IMG/VR virus record: IMGVR_UViG_3300024327_000003
Coordinates: 1-64,000 of that record
Reading direction: 5' to 3' (one strand)
Origin: a virus
Length of the DNA stretch: 64,000 nt
A program made the position numbers and the translations under genes. Below are positions 1-7,698 of the stretch, in pieces (position 1 is the first letter of the stretch; each line of letters begins with the position of its first letter). Under the pieces are notes generated by a model. It was not told the DNA's origin, did not search any database, and saw only the letters and a program-made list of their open reading frames with translations.

Positions 1-24
1 CATTTTCTTTTTGTGGTCATAACA

Positions 25-354
25 CTATCTCCTGATCATTAATTCAATAATATCCATTAAAGTTTCATTTCGAGTTATAAGCCGTTTATTATGATCTACT
101 GTACGAGTTCTGGATTCCGTCATCTTACTTAATTGAATACTTAGATCTTCCTCCAAAGATTGCTGAGCAGCATGAGCTTCCAGATACTCTTTCTGCTTAT
201 TCTGTAATTCAATATTCTTAGCTACCATACGTGCAATATCCTCATCTTTCTTAGATATTACCTCTTCGTAACTGGATATAGTTCGTTTATCCATAGCTAG
301 AGCACGAACTTGTGTATCCATTTGCTTTTGCATTTGAGCTTTAGTTGGCATCAC
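25..354 (-). CDS. early hypothetical coiled-coil protein
   Basis: 109-aa ORF with AGGAGAT RBS; helical, E/K/Q-rich. Confidence 0.7.
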   Translation of the reverse strand: MMPTKAQMQKQMDTQVRALAMDKRTISSYEEVISKKDEDIARMVAKNIELQNKQKEYLEAHAAQQSLEEDLSIQLSKMTESRTRTVDHNKRLITRNETLMDIIELMIRR

Positions 355-593
355 TATCTCCTATTTTCTAATAGTTTAGTTAATTTATACGCTTTATCAG
401 GTATATAACCATCTCTTAGCATTCGAGCATGGTATTCGGTATCTGGCCAGATATGGAAAACACAGCCTATTTGACCGGAGTGATATAAACCATCATCCGG
501 ATCATAAACACTAAGCAATGCTTCTTCTATCCTACAATTCTTTGTTTCAGAGCAGGTAGCACATACTGCAGATGTTGGAGTATGCCGTTTCAT
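354..593 (-). CDS. early hypothetical protein with CxxC and further Cys/His (possible Zn binding)
   Basis: 79-aa ORF, AGGAGAT RBS, CATC..C..C..H. Confidence 0.65.
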   Translation of the reverse strand: MKRHTPTSAVCATCSETKNCRIEEALLSVYDPDDGLYHSGQIGCVFHIWPDTEYHARMLRDGYIPDKAYKLTKLLENRR

Positions 594-679
594 GCACTAT
601 CTCCTATAAATGGTTGAGGGCTTACCGATTATCAGTCGATAAGCCCTCTATGCTAAACAAGACGGGTTGGAGTCTTGAG

Positions 680-826
680 CTAGCTAATGGATATGGCGTA
701 TTGTACGCCGATATAAGCGATATATATTCCCCAAGATGCAATGCTCCAGAATAGGAATCTTTCGCCTTTATTCATAATCTGATGCCTTGTATTGCACATA
801 TAATGAACTGGTGCACGTTTTCTCAT
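680..826 (-). CDS. small membrane protein (48 aa, not in ORF track)
   Basis: MRKRAPVHYM...FLFWSIASWGIYIAYIGVQYAISIS*; ATGA overlap with upstream ORF stop. Confidence 0.5.
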   Translation of the reverse strand: MRKRAPVHYMCNTRHQIMNKGERFLFWSIASWGIYIAYIGVQYAISIS

Positions 827-1020
827 GATGTCCTCCGGTTATGACGATAATTACGTGAATCTTCGATACTGTATTTATCTATAATAAAAGCAGTATGATA
901 TCGTCGATCATTTAATACCCTACGATCTTCTTGTTCGACAGTAGCCGAATAATCTACTTGATGCTTATAGTTCTTAGATATAGCACGATATACCTCTTGA
1001 GGTAATATTGCATCGAACAT
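823..1020 (-). CDS. early hypothetical protein
   Basis: 65-aa ORF with AAGGAGAT RBS. Confidence 0.6.
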   Translation of the reverse strand: MFDAILPQEVYRAISKNYKHQVDYSATVEQEDRRVLNDRRYHTAFIIDKYSIEDSRNYRHNRRTS

Positions 1021-1031
1021 GATTAATCTCC

Positions 1032-1388
1032 TTAATAATCTATTTGTTTAATAACCAAATTATGTTTCTTGGCCAGATCTATCATATGGCCAGTGCCTTT
1101 ACTCTTCCCATCCCATGCTATGAGCGCATGAGTGGCGATCTTAGCCATTTCTTCATTACGCCTATAACCTGCTGATTTGCCGTATTTATCCCATTCAGCA
1201 GGCATTTCAATGAGTCTAAGGCCCATATTTATTGCTATTTGAATACCTAGGCTATCAGCGCCACGAGCCATACCGGATATAATAGTTATATTCTCTTTAG
1301 GCTGTTTATGTAAAAAATTAGTAAATGCATAAAGCAGTGTTTGATAATCAGTAAAGTCTCTTCCACCGGCTATGATGAGTTTAATCAT
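1032..1388 (-). CDS. DUF2493/YspA-like SLOG family protein
   Basis: IIAGGRDF, ISGMARGAD, AGYRRNEEM, WDGKSKGT motifs. Confidence 0.85.
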   Translation of the reverse strand: MIKLIIAGGRDFTDYQTLLYAFTNFLHKQPKENITIISGMARGADSLGIQIAINMGLRLIEMPAEWDKYGKSAGYRRNEEMAKIATHALIAWDGKSKGTGHMIDLAKKHNLVIKQIDY

Positions 1389-1498
1389 AATATCTCCTTT
1401 AAAGTTAATAACTTAGCTTAACACCAGACCTATATAGTCTGATGCTAAACTAAGTGCACTGGTATCCTGTACTCTGCGGATACCAGTGACTTAATGCT

Positions 1499-1945
1499 CT
1501 AGAACAGGCTGATGACTTCAGAAGCGCTGATTGCTTTGATGATGCCATCTTTAGCATGCCCTGCAACTGCAGGAATGTCTGAAGCATCCAATGAACGCTT
1601 AGCATCTCCATGAGTAACAAACGCAACAAACTTAACTTCAGTCACTACGTTATCTTGAGCATCTTTCTGCTCAACATGAAGCATAACTTTCAGAGACCGG
1701 CCTGTAGTATCAGTCTCTTCAATACTTGAGTTGCCTTTGGCATTCGTAAGCAGAGAAGTAAGTCTCTCTTCTGCAGTACGTTTGTCATTGGCCAGAGGCC
1801 TATTCAACAACTCTGCCAAATAATCACCTACTTCGCAATACCAACCGGATTTGCCAAGCATATATCTGGCTTTAGGCGCTTTAGCAGGCCCATTGATCGG
1901 TACTACTTTACCTACCTGTTGTTCGTTAACTTGAGGCATTGACAT
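1499..1945 (-). CDS. early hypothetical protein
   Basis: 148-aa ORF, AAGGAGAT RBS. Confidence 0.75.
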   Translation of the reverse strand: MSMPQVNEQQVGKVVPINGPAKAPKARYMLGKSGWYCEVGDYLAELLNRPLANDKRTAEERLTSLLTNAKGNSSIEETDTTGRSLKVMLHVEQKDAQDNVVTEVKFVAFVTHGDAKRSLDASDIPAVAGHAKDGIIKAISASEVISLF

Positions 1946-2075
1946 GGTGAATCTCCTTCTTACTTAAGGTTTACAGTTCAGGCAATAGTGCCCAGTTCTT
2001 AGATAGTTTAATTACATATCTAGGTAAATCATGGATATTAGCTCTATCCTCATGTTTTGACTGGTGTTAAACACA

Positions 2076-2095
2076 CCACTATCGCCACCAGGCGA
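2076..2095 (-). promoter_or_regulatory. candidate vRNAP hairpin promoter
   Basis: + (template) strand CC-N9-loop, stem tcgcc/ggcga, loop ACCA. Confidence 0.5.
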
Positions 2096-2213
2096 GAGTA
2101 AGAGCAGAGTACTATCGTACTGTCTTGAGCTAAAGAAACGAGAGGACTGTCTGATTGATTTGGTTTAACTTAATGATTAAATGAGGTCACTATAAATACC
2201 TTATAAATCCCAA

Positions 2214-2231
2214 TGCTCCCGTTAGGGAGCA
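2214..2231 (-). terminator. hairpin after ORF 2241-2543 (terminator or processing signal)
   Basis: 7-bp stem tgctccc/gggagca, UAAC loop on - strand; weak U-tract. Confidence 0.45.
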
Positions 2232-2240
2232 CCGGTGTTA

Positions 2241-2543
2241 TTACATGGATTTAACTTGCTCGAGGATATCAGGGATATCAGACTCCTGTAACATGACATT
2301 TGGCCTAGTTGAGACAAGAAAACCAAAAAACTTCTTTGTATTGGCATTGAGCAATACTATAAGGCTATTGCCTTCGTTTTCTTGAATGGCAGTTTCAGGA
2401 TCCAATAACACTTCTTTAAGCCTATCTTTAGTGTTAGGACTGTTAATTAATTCAATGCACTTACTTTCAGCTAACTCAATAAACAAATGCTTATTGATGT
2501 TGTAAATGTACCGAGCTGGTCTAGCAGGAATGATTTTGAACAT
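2241..2543 (-). CDS. early hypothetical protein
   Basis: 100-aa ORF, AGGAGAT RBS. Confidence 0.7.
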   Translation of the reverse strand: MFKIIPARPARYIYNINKHLFIELAESKCIELINSPNTKDRLKEVLLDPETAIQENEGNSLIVLLNANTKKFFGFLVSTRPNVMLQESDIPDILEQVKSM

Positions 2544-2574
2544 AATAAGATATCTCCTAGGAGTAATAGATTAA

Positions 2575-2742
2575 TTAGCTATGCTCCGGACATGGATTAT
2601 CTATGAAATAATTATAGCCACATCCTTCACATTGATATATATCTGTGTCCATCTGCTCAAGGTCAACTTCACGATCGACCATATGTTTGTAGTTCTTAAC
2701 TACAGTCCGGTAATCTTTAGGGTCTAAAGTAACGTCAAACAT
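2575..2742 (-). CDS. small Zn-ribbon-like protein (55 aa, not in ORF track)
   Basis: MFDVTLDPKD...CEGC...CPEHS*, AAGGAGAT RBS. Confidence 0.6.
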   Translation of the reverse strand: MFDVTLDPKDYRTVVKNYKHMVDREVDLEQMDTDIYQCEGCGYNYFIDNPCPEHS

Positions 2743-2751
2743 GGTATCTCC

Positions 2752-2997
2752 TTAGTCGAGATTGGGTGGTTCAGCTTGCAAATGCATATCCATGAGGATC
2801 TCGAAATCCATGGATGTATAAGCTGATTTCTTTTGGGCCAATACTTTGCCTTTCTTAGCCCAAATATTCCAAGCACGTTGAATAGCCATTAATACGATGA
2901 CTTCTTTATAAACAGCATGTATGAAGAGACACATGCCTACTGCACCAACAATAGCTATGACCGCTATTAACGTATAAATGAGTGTTTCAATAGACAT
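2752..2997 (-). CDS. small membrane-anchored protein
   Basis: N-terminal hydrophobic helix; GGGGG RBS. Confidence 0.65.
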   Translation of the reverse strand: MSIETLIYTLIAVIAIVGAVGMCLFIHAVYKEVIVLMAIQRAWNIWAKKGKVLAQKKSAYTSMDFEILMDMHLQAEPPNLD

Positions 2998-3009
2998 AAG
3001 ATGTCCCCC

Positions 3010-3186
3010 TTAATAAAGTGTTTCGAGGTCTTTGCTTAATGCATTGACCTCACCGATTAGCTTATCCAGCCTTAACCAAGCAGGACTATTATGTTCTACT
3101 TTCTGCTTAGCGTAGTACAACTTAATGCTTACTGAGTACAGCTGTTCTTGAACTGAACGTTCGGTAACAGGTGTAGGCTGACACAT
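3010..3186 (-). CDS. early hypothetical protein (58 aa, not in ORF track)
   Basis: MCQPTPVTER...KDLETLY*, AAGGAGAT RBS. Confidence 0.55.
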   Translation of the reverse strand: MCQPTPVTERSVQEQLYSVSIKLYYAKQKVEHNSPAWLRLDKLIGEVNALSKDLETLY

Positions 3187-3345
3187 ATACTATCTCCTTA
3201 ATAACAGGTTATAGATTAATAAATACTAGCTTCTCGACGCCCTTTATTCTTTCGGCATGTAACCGTAGATTTGTTTCATCTCTACGCTTCGAGAACCTAA
3301 TACTTATTAATAGGACTAGGGCTTAATTGCCCTAGTCCAATGGTA

Positions 3346-3684
3346 TTAGCTAGCAAGAGCAACGATAGCTTTACGCTGAGGATTGCTCTTAACAGGCCAA
3401 CAGATCTTCTTGGTAGCCCGTGATACCAGTACATCCATGCTGGGAACATAGATGTATTGAGTGCCATTGTGCTCAACATATACGGTTTTATTCGCACAGT
3501 AGAGATGATTAACGAGTATCGCTACCCGATTACCATGGCTGGCACTTTTATAAACTATTGAGCCAAGGTTATTCTTAATAACCATTGACTTAATGGACTC
3601 ATCCCAAGTGAGTCCTTCATCCAAAGTAACGCGGTATTTATGTCGTTTACCGTGAATGGTTAATGGAACTAATGAATAAGCCAT
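3346..3684 (-). CDS. early hypothetical protein
   Basis: 112-aa ORF, AAGGAGAT RBS. Confidence 0.7.
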   Translation of the reverse strand: MAYSLVPLTIHGKRHKYRVTLDEGLTWDESIKSMVIKNNLGSIVYKSASHGNRVAILVNHLYCANKTVYVEHNGTQYIYVPSMDVLVSRATKKICWPVKSNPQRKAIVALAS

Positions 3685-3727
3685 GAGATATCTCCTTAAT
3701 TAAGAGGTTATGGTGTTTTAATTAACA

Positions 3728-3750
3728 CCAATACCGGCACCAGCCGGTAT
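3728..3750 (-). promoter_or_regulatory. candidate vRNAP hairpin promoter
   Basis: CC-N9-loop; 8-bp stem ataccggc/gccggtat, loop ACCA. Confidence 0.5.
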
Positions 3751-3889
3751 GCTATAAGCAACGATTATAGTGTTCAGCAGAGTAAAGCATTGGTATGATT
3801 AAAGGTATCTTAAGGATTACCTAGTGATAGTGGGTTAGAGCAAGTCTTTTGGCGCTATCTTATAGTGTTATCTTGTGTGTAAAGGTAGG

Positions 3890-3915
3890 ACGTGGCCTCC
3901 CGTAGGAGACCACGT
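3890..3915 (-). terminator. cUACGg tetraloop hairpin downstream of first early gene
   Basis: - strand ACGUGGUCUCC UACG GGAGGCCACGU (11 bp incl. one G-U). Confidence 0.55.
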
Positions 3916-3926
3916 TATAGGAAGGA

Positions 3927-4145
3927 CTAAGCGTTGTCGTATTGCGCAATCTGCGCTTCGGACCACTTACTCTTATCGACAGCATTCAGCTCGTCGAAGG
4001 ACTCCGCAAGCTGGCTTTTGTATGCACCTTGCATACCGCTCTTGTACATCTTACCGGCATACCGAGTGCCTTGTACGACATCGGTAAGCAGATGAGCTGA
4101 TTCTTCTACCGTATGCGATACGGCATGGACGACTGGGAATGACAT
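3927..4145 (-). CDS. first early gene, hypothetical
   Basis: 72-aa ORF, AAGGAGAT RBS. Confidence 0.7.
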   Translation of the reverse strand: MSFPVVHAVSHTVEESAHLLTDVVQGTRYAGKMYKSGMQGAYKSQLAESFDELNAVDKSKWSEAQIAQYDNA

Positions 4146-4186
4146 AGGATATCTCCTTAGTAACAGTTAACTGTTGAGCGTTATTG

Positions 4187-4206
4187 CCCATAAGCCCATC
4201 AGGGCT
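4187..4206 (-). promoter_or_regulatory. candidate vRNAP hairpin promoter
   Basis: CC-N9-loop; stem agccc/gggct, loop ATCA. Confidence 0.5.
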
Positions 4207-4612
4207 GTGTAAGGTTGAGGTTTTAGGAAAAGGATAGTTATATTGAATAGGGGGGGATGGGGTTTTCGCTGACAGGGGTCAGTTAGTTAGTATTGCACGT
4301 ACGCACCTGTGAAAATATCACTATAAGCTTTTAGCTTATTATTATTATTTAGCATATAGCAGGTATATAGCTAATTAGTTTGTGTATCAGAATAACGCTA
4401 TTCTGATATATAAAACCCGGACCATCTTTAGCGAACAAGACGAGCTTTAGCGAGACGGTGATTTTATATATAATATAATAATAATATAATAGGGAGCCTG
4501 CGGTAGCCTAAGTCCGAGGACTGGAGGGTAGGGCGAAGCCCGGACCGAAAGTCCGAAGGACGCTTCTTCTTCTTAGAGAGCTAACTTAAGTAATATATAG
4601 AGAATAAAAAAA

Positions 4613-4661
4613 TATAAGTTGTCCCACCACCTTATATTTGGATTATAAGTTGTCCCACCAC
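4613..4661 (+). repeat. two perfect 18-bp direct repeats TATAAGTTGTCCCACCAC (31-bp period)
   Basis: copies at 4613-4630 and 4644-4661. Confidence 0.9.
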
Positions 4662-4680
4662 TTTAAAAAGTACTTTAAGG

Positions 4681-4709
4681 TTGCTTTATGTTGGTTTTGG
4701 GTATATATT
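4681..4709 (+). promoter_or_regulatory. sigma70-like late promoter
   Basis: TTGCTT-N17-TATATT upstream of first late ORF. Confidence 0.5.
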
Positions 4710-4741
4710 TAGGAAAATAATAACTCATATAAAGGTGGATT

Positions 4742-4933
4742 ATGTCGGCACTGAAAATACATAAAGTACGGACTGCTCCTAATAGCAGAACTCGTATTTC
4801 CAAGTATCCTTACGTAGTTCAATGTGGGAAAGATTTTGGTAAAATTACCAAATACGCTAATACTTGGACTACTGTTAATTGTGCTGATTGTTTAGCTAAG
4901 AGAATTTACCAACCACGTAAGAAAGGAATTTAA
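4742..4933 (+). CDS. small basic His/Cys protein (putative Zn finger)
   Basis: H...C...CADC, basic. Confidence 0.55.
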   Translation: MSALKIHKVRTAPNSRTRISKYPYVVQCGKDFGKITKYANTWTTVNCADCLAKRIYQPRKKGI

Positions 4934-4935
4934 TT

Positions 4936-5331
4936 ATGGATGATAATGTGAAAGCTAGTGATGAAGTAGAAATAGAAGTAAAGCCGGCTACCCAGGAAGA
5001 TGTAACTGAGGACCTGGATATCCCTAATGCAGAGAATCAGGTAGAGTCTGATACGCAGGACTCTGAACCTGAGGCTCCGGAGAAATGGGAAGGAGGCGAT
5101 GCAGGCGATGGAGTAGTAATAGGAGTAGATCCTGCTAGTGCTGAGCCAGAACCTGAAGTACCTGATCCTGGTGAAAAGAGTAATCCTGCTGAAGCCAAAC
5201 AACTTCCTGCGGAGAAAGAACAGCTGCCTGCTGAAAAAGAGCCACCTGCAGCTGGATATGATAAATCTCCTGTTGCAGGGAGAGCTGGACCGAATAAGCT
5301 GAGAGAACAGTATATTCGTAATAATAGTTAA
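4936..5331 (+). CDS. acidic low-complexity protein
   Basis: E/D/P-rich, QLPAEKE tandem duplication, AAGGA RBS. Confidence 0.65.
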   Translation: MDDNVKASDEVEIEVKPATQEDVTEDLDIPNAENQVESDTQDSEPEAPEKWEGGDAGDGVVIGVDPASAEPEPEVPDPGEKSNPAEAKQLPAEKEQLPAEKEPPAAGYDKSPVAGRAGPNKLREQYIRNNS

Positions 5332-5337
5332 TTAATC

Positions 5338-5580
5338 ATGAGGAGAATAAAGATGTCAGCATCTGTAGTATTCAAACAGGGTGATGAGATGCCTTTGGGA
5401 GCAAAAGAGTATCGTAAACACGCTACGGCTATGATGCTTGAAATGCATCAGACGTTTACGTGTCATAGCAGAGAAGGAGTATTGGATGGTCAGCCAGGAG
5501 ATTTCCTGGTAGAGGATGGACATGGAGGATTTTATCCTGTGTCTGCAGAGTTCCATAAAAATAACTATGTAGAGGCTTAA
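5338..5580 (+). CDS. PGDYG-like phage protein (start probably 5353)
   Basis: SREG..GQPGDFLVEDGHGGFYPV motif. Confidence 0.6.
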   Translation: MRRIKMSASVVFKQGDEMPLGAKEYRKHATAMMLEMHQTFTCHSREGVLDGQPGDFLVEDGHGGFYPVSAEFHKNNYVEA

Positions 5581-5581
5581 T

Positions 5582-5677
5582 ATAAAGGACTGGTTCCATT
5601 TGAGTCCGGACAGAGCCGGCTTATTTGGTGGATAAGCAAGGCAAATGGCCTAATGAGTTCCAGTCCTTTATTTTTTT
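5582..5677 (+). ncRNA. structured RNA or large terminator-like element
   Basis: 12-bp closing stem ataaaggactgg/ccagtcctttat, nested inner stems, followed by U-tract. Confidence 0.45.
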
Positions 5678-5688
5678 CTTAGATAAAT

Positions 5689-6030
5689 ATGTTTAATAAA
5701 TTAGAAATACAATCTGAAGAGTCTAAAGTAGTAGGCGGAGGTATGTTGGAAGCCCCGGGTGCTAAGTTATTCGCCAGATTTGTATTTAATATTAATAAGC
5801 AAAATATAGTAAAGGGCACACCTGAGACCATAATTAAGAGCACAAATATTACTGCCTGGGAATTCAAAGTAGGGATTAAAGAATTAAAAAGATATAATAT
5901 AATTAGGAAATATACGGCAAAAGAATATATGCTGAACCCAGATGTATCGTATAACGGAGATGACAGACGTTATTATGTGCTGAAGCATATGTGGGATACA
6001 CAAACTACTACGGGATTAAAAGAAGCATGA
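5689..6030 (+). CDS. RepL-like winged-helix protein
   Basis: GIKELKRYNIIRK...YMLNPDVSYNG resembles RepL C-terminal wHTH. Confidence 0.55.
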   Translation: MFNKLEIQSEESKVVGGGMLEAPGAKLFARFVFNINKQNIVKGTPETIIKSTNITAWEFKVGIKELKRYNIIRKYTAKEYMLNPDVSYNGDDRRYYVLKHMWDTQTTTGLKEA

Positions 6031-6356
6031 GCGCTGTATATTACAATACTGACGAGAAGACCTCGGCGACATGTAATGTGTCGAGTAAAGTTATTCGGCT
6101 AATTCTTCCCCTTTGGCTTAATATCGATAAGAATAACCAGGTCGACAAGAGAAAATTTGAGAAGAGGCTATCTAAAATAAAAGATTATCGCAGCTGGCAG
6201 AAATACTGGAAAGAACTCGTGGATAAGAATATTGTTATTTTTTTAGATAAGAATACAATAATGGTATCGCCGCACGAGTGTTATTGTGAAGGCGCATCGC
6301 AGAATACTTTGATTAATAAATGGAATGAGGCTCGTAATGGATCAACAGTTAGCTAA
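5991..6356 (+). CDS. second RepL-like winged-helix protein (start probably 6027)
   Basis: WKELVDKNIV...IMVSPHECYCEG parallels preceding ORF; ATGA overlap at 6027. Confidence 0.45.
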   Translation: MGYTNYYGIKRSMSAVYYNTDEKTSATCNVSSKVIRLILPLWLNIDKNNQVDKRKFEKRLSKIKDYRSWQKYWKELVDKNIVIFLDKNTIMVSPHECYCEGASQNTLINKWNEARNGSTVS

Positions 6357-7095
6357 TTTACCAGATAATGAATGTGAGTTAGAGACGACAGATTACTTGA
6401 GTAAAGAGATGCTAGCCGGTGCTGTACCCGATAAGCGCTTTCGTAAGCATGTAACTGACAAAGTTGTTGATGTAATTAATTCAGAGCCTGATTCTGAACT
6501 ACGAAGGGTGTTTAGAGACAATACCTTAAACTATGCTGCAGTGTTGTCGACTGGTAAGCATTCTCTATCTGCATATGTGAATGCAGTAAAGTTTGTTTCC
6601 CTTCGATTAATGGGGGATAAGGCCTCTACTGCGTATAGTAAGGTCTTTCCGGATAGATATCAGAATCTGATAGATCGAGGTGCCAGTGCTTCGTATATTG
6701 CCAGCTTCGCGGACAATTACAGTAAGAACAGCTTAATTACGAAGATTATGGAGCAAACCATGATCCCAACTCATATCCTAAACGCCGGAATATACCAGGA
6801 AGCTATTAATTGCCAGGCAGGGCTAATGCGAACTGCTAAATCAGAAATGGTTCGGCAGAAAGCAGCTGAGAGCCTTATGACTAATTTAGCAGCACCTGCT
6901 GCAGCTAAAATAGAAATTGATATCACCCACAATAACGATATGCTGCAAGACCTTCGTGATACCACCCGGGCTCTGGCTAAACAGCAATTGAGTTTGATTA
7001 TGAATGGCCAGGCCTCAGCCACAGAGATAGCGCATAGTGAAATCTTAGTTAAGAAGACTATTGAAGATGCTGAGGTTATCGATGTTGGAAACTAA
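6325..7095 (+). CDS. N4 gp69-like protein (putative terminase small subunit)
   Basis: YVNAVKFVS, AYSKVFPDRY, AKSEMVRQKAAESL; upstream of TerL. Confidence 0.75.
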   Translation: MRLVMDQQLANLPDNECELETTDYLSKEMLAGAVPDKRFRKHVTDKVVDVINSEPDSELRRVFRDNTLNYAAVLSTGKHSLSAYVNAVKFVSLRLMGDKASTAYSKVFPDRYQNLIDRGASASYIASFADNYSKNSLITKIMEQTMIPTHILNAGIYQEAINCQAGLMRTAKSEMVRQKAAESLMTNLAAPAAAKIEIDITHNNDMLQDLRDTTRALAKQQLSLIMNGQASATEIAHSEILVKKTIEDAEVIDVGN

Positions 7096-7513
7096 TATTT
7101 TAGATCTATTGCCTCAACGCTATCCGTTCTTAATGATCGACCGGATCATAGAATTAAAGTCCGATAGTATTATCACGCTTAAGAATGTTACGCACAACGA
7201 ACCCCACTTTGAAGGTCACTTCCCTGATAATCCTATAATGCCTGGAGCTCTTATTTTAGAAGCGCTAATGCAAACCAGCATATTGCTAGCTAAATACGAT
7301 ATTGAAATAGATAGTCGCGCAATAATGTATGTCACCACCATGGATAAAATACGCTTTCAGAAACCTGTATTACCGGGAGATCAAATGCATTTAAAAGTAT
7401 CTCGAGTAGGAGATATGGGATCAACTATCCGATTTGCAGGCGCTGCCTGGGTAGGTAAATATATAGTTGCTCAGGCAAGCTGGACTTCTATGCTTGTCAG
7501 TCCGGGATTATGA
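7061..7513 (+). CDS. fabZ: 3-hydroxyacyl-ACP dehydratase FabZ (start probably 7082)
   Basis: LLPQRYPFLMIDRI, KNVTHNEPHFEGHFPDNPIMPGALILEA (catalytic His/Glu), RFQKPVLPGD. Confidence 0.93.
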   Translation: MKMLRLSMLETNILDLLPQRYPFLMIDRIIELKSDSIITLKNVTHNEPHFEGHFPDNPIMPGALILEALMQTSILLAKYDIEIDSRAIMYVTTMDKIRFQKPVLPGDQMHLKVSRVGDMGSTIRFAGAAWVGKYIVAQASWTSMLVSPGL

Positions 7514-7698
7514 TTAATCCTTACGATAAATCTAAAGAGATCTGTATAAACTGCATTAATTGGGATGGAGATAATTCCGGAATGGAAGGATTGTGTGAAA
7601 AGAATGCCGATAACGTTAAATTACTTACTAGCCGGCTGGAAGAATGCGGTAATTTTATTAATCTTCATTTAGATATTAATTTAGATGGAACTGATTAA
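7510..7698 (+). CDS. small Cys-rich protein
   Basis: CINC...GLC...CGNF; overlaps both neighbours. Confidence 0.55.
   Translation: MINPYDKSKEICINCINWDGDNSGMEGLCEKNADNVKLLTSRLEECGNFINLHLDINLDGTD

Larger units (their letters stand above)
4210..4740. other. non-coding strand-switch region, probable genome terminus/origin
   Basis: divergence point of early and late blocks as in N4 gene order; G-run near 4250, AT tracts, hairpin cluster, direct repeats. Confidence 0.55.

Noticed and set aside
3891-3940. Resemblance to pistol ribozyme (CGUGG..CCACGUUA..CUAAGCGUUG) on + strand
   Set aside because: Pseudoknot pairing and P2/P3 are absent; better explained as a cUACGg hairpin on the - strand plus the end of ORF 3927-4145
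4613-4661. Mini-CRISPR array
   Set aside because: Only two 18-bp repeats with a 13-bp spacer; no cas genes
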